Source of the DNA: Camelus dromedarius
Taxonomy: Eukaryota
Direction: 5' to 3'
Assembly (NCBI RefSeq): GCF_036321535.1
Contig: NC_087436.1
Span: 15,562,001 to 15,626,000 of the forward strand
Length of the DNA: 64,000 nt
In this document: positions 37,880-51,117 of the stretch, piece by piece
Numbering within the stretch: position 1 is the stretch's first letter
How the letters are laid out: every line of letters begins with the position of its first letter
Program-made: the position numbers and the translations under genes
Notes under the pieces: generated by a model
The model's input: the letters and a program-made list of their open reading frames with translations, nothing else
What the model was told of the DNA's origin: nothing
Databases searched by the model: none

Positions 37880-38945
37880 AAAGACGGCATAGCTGAAGAA
37901 CAAAGTTGGAGGCAATACCTTGTGAAGATGGGGCTTAATCCTCCAGAATGCAGTATACATTGTATCAGGGATTCTTCTTTTTATGGTGGTGTATCTCTAA
38001 TCAGAAGAATATATGGATCTGGAACTGAGTAGAAGCAGGAGTGGCCCCACTGACCACCACTCCCAATGACCTACTGAGTTACGCTTCTTGGGCTCTATAG
38101 CATTAGAGGTTCTTGTTGTCAATGGGGACATGTTCTCACAAGAGGACATGGCATGGGTCCAGTTGAATTACAAACTATGGCTGCCATCGGGGCACTTTGA
38201 GCTCTCTGGGGCCAGGGATCAGCAGGTGAGAAGAATGATTATCTTGGCAGGGGTAATTCATTCAGATGGACAGCGGGAGGTAAGGCTGATTTCATGCAGT
38301 GGGAACAGGGAGGCATAGGTACATAACTCAGATGACTCACCTGGGTGCTCCTTGGTTCCTGATTCTCCTTTGATCAATTGTAACTGTTGAACAGACAAGT
38401 GAAGCAACCCTGCCTGAGAAGGATGTGATTCCTGGGGCTAAGATAGGTGAGTAATGAAAGTGTGGGTCATACCACCAGGTAAGCCACCAAGACCAGCAGA
38501 GGTGGTAGCTGAGGGCAAGAGGAGTTGAGAATGGATGGTGGAGAAGGGAGGCTCTGAGTATTAGTGAAGGCTTGGAACCAACTGCAGTGATGGAGGGTAA
38601 CCTGAGCTGGACGTGGACGGAGAGGATTTGCATGGTGCAAGGACCACACTGTGGCAGAAACAGAGGTGTGCCGCTCCCTTCTAGAAAGCTCTCGCTGCCC
38701 AATTACAAGGAATGTGGTAAGCCAACAGTAGCTCCTTCAGTGTCTGCCTCAGCTTTCAAGCAGCCTGAGCCAATGACTAAGTAAGGTGGTGACTCAAGGG
38801 CCCAGCGATTTACACCACCCAACCAGCAGAGGCATTGTCAGGTCTGCACAGAGGTATGACAGCTCCCCTTGATCAAATTTCTGTCTCTCCTGTTCCTTTC
38901 ACACGTGTGATGCTCTGATATACTTTTTGCACCTCTGTTTCAGCA
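37880..38945 (+). mobile_element. degraded ERVL-type internal fragment followed by an LTR
   Basis: ERVL int-like motifs (gtggccccactgacca, atcttggcaggggtaatt); LTR-like tgtggcag start near 38650. No intact ORF. Confidence 0.5.
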
Positions 38946-38959
38946 ATGGATTCCCCAGG

Positions 38960-39492
38960 TATCCAAAGCCAGCACATGCTGCATAACAACCAATCACAAA
39001 ACCTCAGGGGCATAAAACATGAAGCATTTCTTACAGCTTATGAGTTCAGAGTCCAGCTGGGCAGCAGTTTTGGTCTTGGCTGGGTCACGTATGTGTCTGC
39101 AGTCAGCTGTTGGTCAGATACGCAGTAGTGCTGGTCCTGATTGGGTCCTTTCACACATTTGGGGGTTGGCTGGCCATGGGCGTGTCTCAACAGGGACAAC
39201 TGGTCTTTCCTTCATAGATTGTCTCATTGTCTGCTGGGCTCACCTTGATTTGTGTACATGGTGGTGGAAGGCTTCCAAGAGAACAAACTGAATGAAGAAA
39301 AAAGGCCTCTTGAAGTCTAGACTTGGAATTCACTTCTGCCATATTCTATGGGCCTAAGCAAATCCCAAAGCCAGCCCAACGTCATGGGGGAGGGAACCAC
39401 CTCTTGTTGGAAGAGATGCTAAGTTACATTACAAAGTGTGCGGGCAAAGGGAAAGATAAAGAAATGGGGACATTTTTGCAAGCTGTCTACCA
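38960..39492 (-). mobile_element. MLT1F/H-like MaLR LTR
   Basis: gctgcataacaa...cacttctgccatattctatgggcc.aagcaaatccca...tctaccaca. Confidence 0.6.
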
Positions 39493-40404
39493 CAGGGAGA
39501 ATTCCCTGGTGTGAAGAGCACTAGACAAACAGAAACGATAGATATTTTAGTCTCTACTATACTGTGCTCTTTGCTTCTTTTTAAAAAAATAATGAAAATT
39601 TAAAAGTACGGACAATACGGAGAATAGCACAACATAGCAGACACTCATGAACCCACCATTCTACTTTAACAAATCTTAAAATTCTGTCCTATTTGGTTCA
39701 GATATTTTAAGAAACAGAACTTTGAAGATATTATACTTTCAAAATCCCCTGTACACTCCTGTCTATCCTTGCTTTTTCTATTTTGAGGTCTTCAGCTATA
39801 AATTTTTTAATCCCAGGTAGTTACTTGTTATTTAAGTTGAAAAATTTGAGACTCATGCCATCTGGTGATTTAGCAGGAGAAAAAAGGAATTGCATGCACA
39901 TAGTCATTAAATAAATATTATTTTGTCTTCAATTTGTCAAGCACTGCACTACGTATGTATATTCTTATTTTTTGTCATATTTTATTCTCACACCATTTTG
40001 TTTCAGGCTGTATATCTGAAGTGGAAAGAAAAGAACATTTTCCTTTGTAATGGGAGCTATTTTTCAATACCTCTTACCAAAAAACAAACAAAAACCCCCA
40101 AAACCCTGTAATACCTTGAAGCTTTAAAGGCAAATCTTGTTCTACTCTTGGCCTGTGGATTTTCATTCTGAGTTTCTTAACCTTTTCCTTCTATGGGTTT
40201 GGTTCTTGCTGTGTCACTTGGCTGGGTAGGGTGTTTTAACACGTTTGTTTAGTTGCTAGTTGGCCACACCTTTCATTTTCTTTCATACGATTAAATTGTT
40301 ATTGCTCCTATCTGGTTTCTCTAGTTCAGCATCATGACTTCAGAATGCAGTCCTCTCCCTTTGTTTTCTTGGTTTCATGATGAATGGGTTATAGTTTAAA
40401 AAAA

Positions 40405-41670
40405 AAAACTGCTTTATTGATACACAATTACACACCATAAAATTCATCCTTTAATATATTCAGAGTTGTACAACCATCACCAATATCTGATTTTATAATA
40501 TTTTCATCACCTCAAAGAGAAATGTTATAACCTATTAATTGTAACTCCCCATTCTCCTCTGCCCAGAACCACCCCTAGTCTATGTCCTGTCTCCATAGAT
40601 TTACCTGTTATGGACATTTCATATAAACAGGATCAGACATCACAGCAGTCTTTTGTCTCTGGCTTTTTAAATGTAGTGTAATGTTTTCAAGGTTCATCCA
40701 CGTTGTAGCATGTATCAGTACTTCATTCACTTTTATGGCTAAATAATACTCCATTGTGTGCATAGGTCATATTTTGATTATCCATTCACCAACTGATGAA
40801 TATTTGGTTATATCTACTTTTTGACTATTATAAATAATGTCAGTCATAGCATTCATGTACAAGTTTTTGTGTGGACATGTTTTCATTTCTCTTGGGTATA
40901 TACCTATGAGTAGAATTGCTGTGTTATATGGTAACTCTGTGTTTAACTTTTTGAGGAAGTGCCAAACTGTTTTCCAAAGTGGTTGCACCATTTTACATTC
41001 CCACCAGCCATGTAGGAGGGTTGAATTTTCTCCAAATCCTTATCAATACTTATGATCATCTATCTTTTCTATCTTAGCCATCCTGGCACATGTTAAGTGG
41101 TATCTCACTGAGGTTTTAATTTACTTGTTTCTAATGACTAATAATGTTGAACATCTATTCATGTTCCTATTGGCGATTTGTATATCTTCTTTGGAGAACA
41201 TCATTTTAAAAACTGGGCTAATTTTTTCTTGTTGTTGAGTTGTAAGTTCTTTATACATTCAGAATATCTCTTATCAGATATATGATTTACAAATATTTTC
41301 TCACATTTTGATGATTGTCTTTTTACCTTTTTGATGATGTCCTGTGAAATACAAAAGTTTTTAATTTTGGCGAGGTCCAATTTATTTTTTCTTTTGTCAC
41401 TTATACGTTTTGGTCTCTAAGAAACTATTGCCTAACACAAGGTCACAATAGTTTAATTCTATTTAAGGATTAAATCTTTTTAACTTAATTTACTTTGAAG
41501 TTTTCTTTGAAGAGCTTTATACTTCTAGCTCTTACACTTAGAGCTGTGATCCATTTTGAGTTACTCTTTTATATGACATAAAGTAGCAGTTCAAATTCTT
41601 TCTTTTGGATGTGAATATCCACTTGGAAAGACAAATCTTTCTCCATTGAATTATCTTGGCACTCTTGTCT
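40405..41670 (-). mobile_element. L1MB-like fragment (ORF2 end and 3' UTR)
   Basis: Minus ORF 40767-40991 [21 protein letters not shown]. Confidence 0.88.
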
Positions 41671-42839
41671 GTCTTTATTACAGAAGTTACTAAAGTTTGC
41701 CTTGCGTTGTGGTAAACTGGATAGATACTCCTTTTTCACTAGAGGACAGGAAATATGTTTTGTTCATTTAAAATGAGAAAATTATGTGAAAACACCTACC
41801 ATTTACCCAGAGTAAATATTTCTTTCCTTCTTTGGAATCTTCAGCAGTACTTAGTGTGGTATTTGTTGTAAACAGTTACATAAGTGTTTGTTGAACGGAA
41901 ACTGAGTTTGAGTCTACACCTCAAATGAAGGGTGTGAGTTCCTAAAGCTCGGATCAGATGGGAGGTCCGGAACACTTTTCACCCTTTTCAAACTGAGAAT
42001 CTGAATAGTGGAGGTTGACCCCCAACAGCTTTGTGAAGTTGTGTGGCTAGCAGGGTGGGGGCTTCCAAATGATTCCTCATCCTCTAAGGTAAGTAACAAA
42101 TATGCTTTCACTTAAAGGTAAGTGACAAATCCACTTAAAATGACCCGGAAGTTTCAGAACCTTTTTTCTTTCCAGTTTAACTTCAAGTTCTCCAGATGTC
42201 CACTTATTTAACTGCTTATGCAGTAATAAGGTTTCACTTGTGAATTTGACCTCAATTCCACAAAATCGACAGTAGCTCTTATCTACCTAAAAGCAGAAAG
42301 ATTTTCTCTGGCAGCAACAACCGCTATCAAAAAGGCAAAGAGACCGCTCGCAGGGATGGCAGGCGGTTCTATTTTGAGTGACCCCTTTCTCCCTCTCTTT
42401 TTCTCTTTTACATGCTGAGCATTAGGAGCCCTCACAAGCTCTCAAAAATAGAGCAAGAGGCTGAAGATAAAGGCCTGTTCATTCCACCAGGGAGTTTCCT
42501 ACGGCTTCATGTCCAGGCAATGTCTCTGCCTGCTGCTTGGATACCTTTCTCTGAGATTTCGGAATCTGCCCCTCTGCGTGAACGTGTGTATGAGCAAGTG
42601 TGGAACCTAAGGTGTGTACTATACAGATAGGCATCACAACCCTCTTACCCTAGTCCTTTCAGCTTTAGCTAAGTGCTTCAAATGACAGGTTCTGGTTCCA
42701 GAGCCAGTGCTTTGGCACTTCACCAAATCGCCTCTCTACAAATAATCAGGTACTGGACACTTAAATACATCTTATTCTAGGGTTGGTGGCCATTTCCTAA
42801 CCCTAAACCAACTAGAATACAGAGAGGCTCGATTTAAAA

Positions 42840-43160
42840 AAATTTTTTTTAATTAGACTTTGTATTTTGGAGCAGTTTCAGGTTCACAGCAAAATTCCAG
42901 TGAAGACTGAGATTTTTCATATTTCCCTGCCCCCTGCACATGCCCAGCCTCCCCTATTATCAACATCCCCACCTTTGTTACAACTGATGAATTTACATGG
43001 AAACATCATAATCGCCCAGAGTTACAGTAAGTTTACATTAGGGTTCACTCTTCCTGTTGTATATTCTATAGGTTTGGACAAACGTATAACGACATTGCTC
43101 CACAATTATAGTGTCTTACAGAGAAGTGTCACTGCCCTAAAAATTCTTTGCGCTCTGCCC
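42840..43160 (-). mobile_element. L1MC/MD-like 3' end with perfect TSD
   Basis: gagcagtttcaggttcacagcaaaatt...tttacattagggttcactctt; TSD agaggctcgatttaaaa at 42823-42839 and 43161-43177. Confidence 0.85.
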
Positions 43161-43731
43161 AGAGGCTCGATTTAAAAGAGAAGAGGGAGAAAGAAAAAAG
43201 CCTGTGATTTACGCTGAAGCGCCACCAAACTCCAAGCCAAGTTTGTTCCCAAGTTCAGCGGCTCCCAGCTGCCCCATCTCCCCAAGTCCGGCTACAGGCA
43301 GGTTCCTCCTCCTCCTCCTTTTGTTTAAGTGTCAAGCAAATGGGTTTCCTGTTGACACCGGAATAATGTGAAAGGGCAGGAAGAGGCCAGGCCGCCTCCT
43401 CTTTCCCCCCTTCCTATCCCGTTTATTTATCTTATACACGTTTCTTTCGGTGGAGCGGGTGGTTCCAGCGTGTGCGGCTGCGGGGCGGCCCCAGAGGCCG
43501 GTAACCCCTCCCCGAGGAGGCGCGGCCCGGCCGGCCGGAGCCCGCCCGATCCCTGGCTCCGATTCCGCGGGGCGGGGAAGGGGAAGGGAAGAGGAAGGGG
43601 GAGACAGTGGGAGAGGGAGAGCGGGGAGAAGGCGGCCGCCGGGGCTCGCGAGGAGGCGGGGAGACCGGCTCGGCCCGCGCCCCGCCGCTCCCCCGCGGGC
43701 TGCAGGTGGAGCCGCAGAGGTAGCCGCTTCC

Positions 43732-43752
43732 GCCGCCGCCGCCGCCGCCGCC
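43732..43752 (+). repeat. (GCC)7 in the presumed 5' UTR
   Basis: Read directly; 87 nt upstream of the ATG at 43839. Confidence 0.95.
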
Positions 43753-43838
43753 TCCCCGGGGCCGCGGTCCAGGCCCGGAGGCTGCTGGCGCGGGACAGCG
43801 GTGCTGGCGGACGGCGCGCCGGGGCCCGCAGCTCGCCC

Positions 43839-43950
43839 ATGGCTGAGGGCCGGCGGCGGGAGGACGAGGACGAAGAGCTGCGCGAGCGCCGCGAGCTCGG
43901 GGGCCCGCGCCGCGCCCGAGGCCGTGCGCTCTCGGGCCACTCGGCCGCAG
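43839..43950 (+). CDS. SH3D19: first coding exon of SH3 domain-containing protein 19, long isoform (112 nt, phase-1 end; rest of gene beyond window)
   Basis: ATGG in a CpG island; encodes MAEGRRREDEDEELRERRELGGPRRARGRALSGHSAA; canonical donor CAG|GTGAGG at 43950/43951. Gene identity is from recall of the human N-terminus (MAEGRRREDEEEELRERRELGGQRRARGRALSGHSAA), not a search. Confidence 0.82.
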
Positions 43951-46900
43951 GTGAGGGGCGCGGGCAGCGCGAGGGGGTCGGGGGGGTCGGGGACCCGGGG
44001 ACCCAGGGGTGGGCGCCCCGGAGCCGCGCAGATCCTGCCCCGGACGCCAGCGGCTCCCTCACCGGCCCGTAGGGGACCCGCACCTTCAACTCTCAGAGGC
44101 GAAGAGGGAGAGAGAGTGGCTTTTCCATCCTCATCCTCACTTTCGGGCCAAGCCCGAAGAAATTCAAGCCTGTCTCTATCCGCTAGTGACCCTGGAGCCT
44201 AAACTACACGTTTTCCGTGCAAACTAAATCCAAGAGCTGCTGGCTTGGAACTTGTGGCCAGGGTGGTTACTTATCTCTGGATGAGTCAGGCCGGTGGAGA
44301 GTTCGCTGGGTCTGGCCGTCTGGCTGGTGAATACCCCCTCCCGATAGGTCGGCCTGCGCTCTCGCAACCAGGTCGAACCACGTGCTGATTGTCCAGCCGG
44401 GGTTCGGTGCCTCTTGGACTTCGGACCCGTGACAGTCTTCCCAAACCCCCATCGCCTGAGCTCACCAGTTTTCTATAGGACTTGCTTTAGTGTTATTTTG
44501 CGGACAACCTCACCACCCCTCCCCCAACCCCCGGTCCAGAATATCTCATTCCAAAAGGCGCATCCTTTGGACTGAGAATCATTTCTGGGCCTATAACTAC
44601 TTTAATGATCTTGTGCTTTGGGGTGCACAAAGGCGGCACGGATCAATAGTTTGGCACATAAGGGGAAGAGTGAATAAGTGTAAATCCACACCCCTTCCTT
44701 CTTTCCGGGGCAGCTTTTCAATTAAACATAGTAGAGAGGAAATTCTTCAGCCTTTGGTTCCAACTGGATAAGCCAGTTATTGAAAACAAGAGGGAAGAAC
44801 AAACCTACGGAGATGACAAACAAAAGGCCGATAGAGAAGTGAGACAGATTCAGATGTGAACATTTATTAACACCGCTTTAGAAAGTGGAGTATAGCGAAC
44901 GATTTATCAAGCCAGGGACAATCTTTTCTCTGTGGCTCCCTTAACCTAAGAGAAAGTTGGAGAATTTAAAGACAGTAGGTCTGTTGGGAACCAATGGAGG
45001 GTAGAAAATGGGATGAAAGTAAAGAGTTTGAATGCACATGAAAAAAAAATAGTCAATTTGATGCTCTTGGTAGGGTCTTGCAGTTTTAAAAATAATGCCT
45101 TTTGCCCATTACTCTTTCCATCAAAATAAGGCATTTTACTATCCACAAGAACATCAACTGTTTTGAAGATAATTTGACAGTTTTGTTCAGCATAAGGCAA
45201 GACCAATGAAATTTGTTCAGTTTAAACCAAGACCTAATGAAATAAATCTCTCATATTTGTTTGTAGACATGAGTAAATATTTCTTGCAAGAATACAATGA
45301 AAAAACTTTACAAAGATGTTCCTTCATTGAATTACTGATTTAAACATACCTTGGTCTCCTATTACCTTCAGCAAAAAGCTTCACTCTCTTTTGCAAGGGA
45401 CTGTACTGTGAAGAAGTCTACCAGAGGTCAGACTAGATATGATCCAGATATATACTTAACATTTAGTTGCAATATGTGTATTTATTCCAAGGCTGGCGGA
45501 AATGGCATTTTGTAACTTGTTTTTACCAGTTCCTTAATTCCCCATGGCTAGCAGAAGCTTTTCCAGGCTCCGTGATAATATTTTGCTGAAACATGACATA
45601 GTGTACTTTTTCACACAGAAATTGATGTTCGCAGTCTCTGACCGTTTAATATACCCTGTCTCCGTTAAGCAGTGAGGGACGGAGATCTTACGGAGTGGGC
45701 AGAGGGTTAAACTTGCCGCTGTTGGTCTTCTTTCTTTTGAGATACAGTATTTAATAGTTTACATTTCTTTGCTGGCTGTGCTCCTCTTTCCCCTCATTAG
45801 TTCCCGTGTTTTTCAGACTCCATCGCATTCCTTACCAAGCTTGGGCATTTGTTAGTTATGTTCAAGCTAGACGTTCTCTCTCCAAGTGAGAGAGTATGAA
45901 CTGACCCAGAGGCTTAATGTTTCTTCTTTTTAACATCTTTCTAATCTTTCACCTTTCCTGTTCTCATCTGCTCCCTCCTTCCTCCACCACTTCATAATCT
46001 GAAGATTTTCTTTTTCTTTGATCTCACATAGCTTGACACCATAAACTTAGGGTTTATGGACCCGAGGGAGTTTGTGAAGTCCTCTCCCTGCTAAATTGAG
46101 GTGTGCTTGTGGAAATGCATTGATTAATTTTGCAGTGTACATTCAGGAGGGTGTATAAAACCTGTACATTATGAAATAAAACTCATGTAACCTGTGCCCA
46201 AGCTGAGCAATAGAATATTATCATTTCACAGAAGTAAACTTCAGTCCCTCCCAGGCATGGCTTCTTCCTTCCCCATGAGGGAATCACTTTTTTTCCCCTT
46301 GCTTTTATGCACAATTTTACCTGTGCAGTTTTACCTGTATGCATATGCATACGTATGTGTATCCGTATACAATATTATTTAGTCTTACGTATTTTACAAC
46401 TTCATATGCATGGAATCATTCTGTATATAGTCTTTAGTGTCCTGCTTTTTTTGCTCAACATTAAGTTTGTAAGATTTATCCATATTGTTATATGCAGCTA
46501 AAGTTTCTTTTCATTGTATGAATATATCCCACTTTTGCTTATCATTTTTTATTGATTTTGGTGTTCTTTATTTGCACAGGAATCCCAGCTTTCATTGGTT
46601 GCATGTGTTGCAAAATCTTCCACTCTGTGGTTTATTTTAAAAATTTGGTTTATGGTTTCTTTTGATGTGGAAATTCTTAATTTTAATATAGGTATATTTA
46701 TGAGTCTTTTTCTTTATAGTTAGTGTGACTTTTCCCCTCACTGTCCCCCTTGGTTAAGAAGGCGTTTCCTACCTCACGGGCATGAAGATATTCTCCTGTA
46801 TCTTCTGTGCTGTCTCCTAAAAGTTTTGTAGCTTTCTTTGAGGAGAGGTGCCATCGCTTTCCTCAGATTCTCAAATGAGTTTGAGAACCTATGACTGACA

Positions 46901-47149
46901 TGCAGCATTTTTATATTGTTTCTCCAAAGGGCAGGGAATACAAAATTCTAGGGCTTCCCTTAGTCACCTGGAAGAGTGGTAGGCATTTCATAGGGTTTAA
47001 TAAATACTAAATAAATTTATTCTTTCTACCTGTTGATGTCTTTATGGTAAACTCTGGAAGGACAGGTATAACTTCTCCAATATATTTCAAGGGAAATGAC
47101 TGGTATTGCAAGTCTGAGGTCACAGAATAAAATTCATTGTGTTCCCTAT

Positions 47150-47330
47150 GAATTAAGTACTTCTTACATGTGATCCCCTATGAGGGAGGCATTATTTTCT
47201 CTATTTTATAATTGAAAAGAGTGAGGCTCAGGAATATTTAAGCCACTTGCCCCAGATCCCTCAGCTAGTAAATGGCAGGTTGGGGATTGAATTCAGGTTT
47301 GCTTGGCCTGAAAAGCCGTGTTTTTCCAAG
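47150..47330 (-). mobile_element. MIR
   Basis: ccctatgagggaggcattatt...gaggctcag...cttgccccagatccctcagctagtaaatggcag. Confidence 0.75.
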
Positions 47331-48029
47331 CTGTCCCTCTGGCTACTGATAAAAGTTAGTTGCTACGAATATGCCACTCATTTGTACCCGCTTGGTGCTT
47401 GTTACATTTTAGAAATGCTTTATGTTCATCTGGTGCTTTTCTACTATAGGAAGGGCTTTCACAGCCTCATGGAACTTGATTGTTATATCAACCTGAGAGG
47501 GAAGAGGGTACATTTTTATTATCCCCATTTCAAAGAGTAAATTGAGACTCAGAAGTGTTAAAAGACGTAATCTAAAGTAACACAGACAGATATAGCTGCA
47601 CCTCTGTTATTTCTATTGGGTGTTTCAAGTCATAAACTATAGTTTCTTGGTCATATGGCCCAGAGTTTGTGGCTCTGTGTTATAAGTTGTATAGTTTTGA
47701 AAACTGCATTAATTTTTTCTGGGCCACCATCTTACAGTTTTTTGTTATTAGGATTACAAAGTTTATCTATTTTGGGAAAGTTAAGTCCAATAGATATTGT
47801 GGACATATGTACATATTGTTTAAAAATCCTGCACTGACCGAGTTCTTTAAGACCTGCCTAGTGATAACTAATATAATAACATGATGTATGCAAAATGGTG
47901 TAGAAAATACAGGGAATACAAGGAAGTACATCAAATTGGTTCCCTGCTTTTAAAGAACATGTCATATAATTAGGAAAGATAAGACTAATATACTTTAAAG
48001 AAATAAATAATAATGTGAAGTAGTCCATG

Positions 48030-48260
48030 ATGACTATCAAATGGAGTTTAGCATGAGCGAACCAGACTGTCTTGATTCACCTCTTACTGTGTGACCTTAG
48101 ACAAGTTACCTAACCTCTCTGTGCATCCATTCTTTATTTGTAAAGTGGGAATATTAATAAAACCTATTGCCCAGGGTTTGAGCATTAAGTGAATTAGTAT
48201 ATGTAATACCTTTAGAACATGGCTAGGCATGTAGTAAATACTACCTATAAAGTAATTAGC
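48030..48260 (+). mobile_element. MIR
   Basis: ctgtgtgaccttagacaagttacctaacctctctgtgc...tgtaaagtgggaata. Confidence 0.8.
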
Positions 48261-49494
48261 ATTTATGTATGTGTATTTTTGTTATTGTTAAATTATCTGA
48301 CCCTTGGTTGAGTCTACATTTTTCTCTATTTGGGAACAGTTATGGGATTTCAGGTTGGCAAAGAAAAAGGGGGTAAAACTGCTTTACTATTTCTAATCAA
48401 ATGTAGTTGCTTTGCTTTGGAGTTCATGCATTTTTCTGAAATCTGTCAATCTTACAAGACCCCCAAAGACTGAGACTAGTTCTTCATTTGACATTCCTTG
48501 CACCATACAGACAGTTTTAACATGGCTTGTCATGGTGTTTACCTTTTATTCAACATCACAAATGAAAAGCTCATTCTAGTGACATAAGCAGTTGTGCTCA
48601 CAGTGGTTTCAGCAAATCAAATGTAAGTTGATGGTCCTACATCCTATTTTTAACCAGGGTGCATCCCTTTATTTTTTTACTTATTTTTTTTTTTAACTTT
48701 GACACTATTCATCCAGTGCTTCTATAACTGCATTGGCATCTTACATTCTGGGGGTGATTCTGTTTTCCCTCAGATCATTTCAGCTTTCCATTCAATGGTA
48801 CTTAGAGTCTAATCCTCTAAACAGTTGGGTCTGTCTCAGTTAGCTTTGTCCTCCAGCAACTAGCAGTTTACCACATCTTTCTGGGCCTTAGTTTTGCCTT
48901 ATTAATGGAAAGGATGAGACTTCCAACTTTACATTTTATGATTCTAGGAGATGAGAGGAAAAATAACTTCTAACTTGGCTTACAGAAGTTTGCCAATGTG
49001 TAGGTCAGATCTAGGGGGAGTTCTCCAGGCCCCTTATGAAGTACTGTATTGGTAGGAAAAAGCCAAAGGTGCCAAGCTCAAGACACTGCCTCACCCGGAG
49101 AGGGCAGTCACATTAGGTTAAGTTGCCCTGCAAGGACCTGCCTTTCAAGGTAGGCACTCCACTGATAAAGTGATGATACCCCACTTTAAATGTGGGAGGC
49201 ATGGGACGTGTTCTGGGGGGATTTATAATACTGAACATGAACAGAGGTACGAGGAAAATGCTATCAAGTAAATTCAAGAGGTAAATATATGTTTAGTAGC
49301 TGCAGAGCATGGGAAAGGGTTAAGGCTGGAGAGGAAGGAGGCTGGCTCCTTGTTTATATGAAGGTAGAACATCGGTTCCAGTCCCCCAGCAGCCGTAGGC
49401 CTCACCGTTAGGGGCTCCAAGCTTGCCTTTGGGTGGGGATGGGTGCCTAGAAGGGAAGAGGTGCAGAGGCAGTAAACCATTGTTTTCTATGTCA

Positions 49495-50110
49495 AAATAA
49501 AGTTTGTTTTTTTGGATAGTTTTAGATTTACAGAAAAAATGTGACGATAGTACAGTGTTTCCCGTCTACCCCACGTTCAGATTCCCCTATCATTAAGATC
49601 GCCAGAGTTTGTACCTAATTCATCTTTTTACTTTGCAGGACCCTATGCAGGGCACCACACTGCGTGTAGATGTCCTGTCTCCTCAGGCTCCTCTTGGCTG
49701 GGATGGTTTCTCACATTTTCCTTATTCTCGAGGGCCTTGACCTCGCTGAGGAGTACTGACCAGATAGTTTGTAGAGGGTCACTCTTTGGGGATTTGTCTG
49801 ATGTTTTTCTCATGTTTAGGCTGGAGTGATGGGTGTTTGGGAGGTAAGGTACCATTTTTACCACATGTTAAGTGTATACAGCAGGAACATCATTCATCAC
49901 TGTTGATGTTGACCTTGCTCACCTAGCCGAGGTGTGTCTGGCAGGTTTCTCTATTCCAAGATGACTCCCTACACACCTCCCCCACTTCCATACCACAGGT
50001 AGTGAAGGACGGGACTATGTGGAGCCCACACTTAAGAAGGGAGGAATTATGATCCACCTTCTTGAGGATAGTATATCTACATACTTTTTTTATTTTCTTC
50101 TATACAGGAA
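49495..50110 (-). mobile_element. L1MC-like 3' UTR fragment
   Basis: tagttttagatttacagaaaaa...gaggagtactgaccag...ggatttgtctgatgtttttctcatg. Confidence 0.75.
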
Positions 50111-50459
50111 AGATGATGATGATGATGATGATTTTTACTTTCACCTTAGTTTCTTCAGGCTCTCCAGACATCTACATTGGGATTGTGTTTAGACTCTGTC
50201 TTTTGGGGAATGTAAGCTCAATTCCTCGACCCTAATTCTGTCCAGAATATCTGATGTGTGCTGAGTCTGGCACATACTTTCTCCATAATTAGAAAGGAAA
50301 GGCATGAAATGCATATCCTACTTGAGGTGACCTTTGATGAAAACTCAAATCACACTAGAGTATCAACATGTACTAATATGAATTCCCTTCCAATTTTAGA
50401 AATGGAGAGGAAGTAGTGTCTGAGAAGAATTTGGAAAAGCACTGGACAGGGATCATCAA

Positions 50460-51117
50460 ATAATAACAATGAGTTAATATTTATTGTGCCCTGGGTCCCA
50501 CGGTAGCATTCTAATTGTTTTCCATGCATTTTTCTCACTTAGTCCTCATAGCAATCTCATGAGGTAGGTGTGATGATTTCCTTCAATTTTACAGATGAGA
50601 AATCTGAGGCCTAGAGCGGGGAATAATCTACCCAGGGCCACGTACCTAGGCAGCCACTAGTGGCAGACTTGTAGTTGCCTACCCAACACTCATTCCTGTC
50701 TTCCTTAGTCAGTGGAATGGCACTGCTGAATGTGGCAATGTCCCTACCTGCCTAGGAAACTGCTTCACCCAGCCTGCTAATGAGATGCAAGTAAAAGTTG
50801 TTGAGCGGCATTTCTAGGAAATTTCTTCAAAGGGTACTTAACTGCACAGACTATCCCTTTGCCCTCATCACCTTCCTTCCCCCTCCTACCAGGAACACTG
50901 GTGTGTAGCTCACGGCAACCAACCTGCGTCATGAGGTTAACCTGAGGTTGGAAGCCATGCACTGAGAATGGATGGAATCTCAGTGGATGGGATATAGTCA
51001 TCGTATGAGTTTTTGATTGCCTGCCTCCTCCTTTATTGGAGAAAAATCCTGTCTAATTTCAGCCACTGTTATCTTAGGTCTTTGTAACTAGCAGCCAAAT
51101 GCAAGTCCTGACTGATA
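50460..51117. mobile_element. MIR (minus, ~50460-50650) followed by MLT1-like LTR (plus)
   Basis: ttttacagatgagaaatctgaggc; tcagccactgtta...tgtaactagcagccaaatgcaagtcctgactgata. Confidence 0.65.

Larger units (their letters stand above)
43440..44460 (+). promoter_or_regulatory. CpG island promoter / first exon region
   Basis: Very high GC and CpG density, GC boxes, no TATA; contains the ATG and donor site. Confidence 0.93.

Noticed and set aside
43332..44227. Long overlapping ORFs (202-250 aa) on both strands, including a 157-codon in-frame extension upstream of the SH3D19 ATG
   Set aside because: Stop codons are scarce in very GC-rich CpG islands; the products are low-complexity. Only 43839-43950 has ATG, donor and recognisable peptide support.
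48755..48803. Possible 24-nt in-frame micro-exon (tgttttccctcag|ATCATT...AATG|gtactt)
   Set aside because: Weak donor; the peptide does not match what I recall of SH3D19 exon 2.
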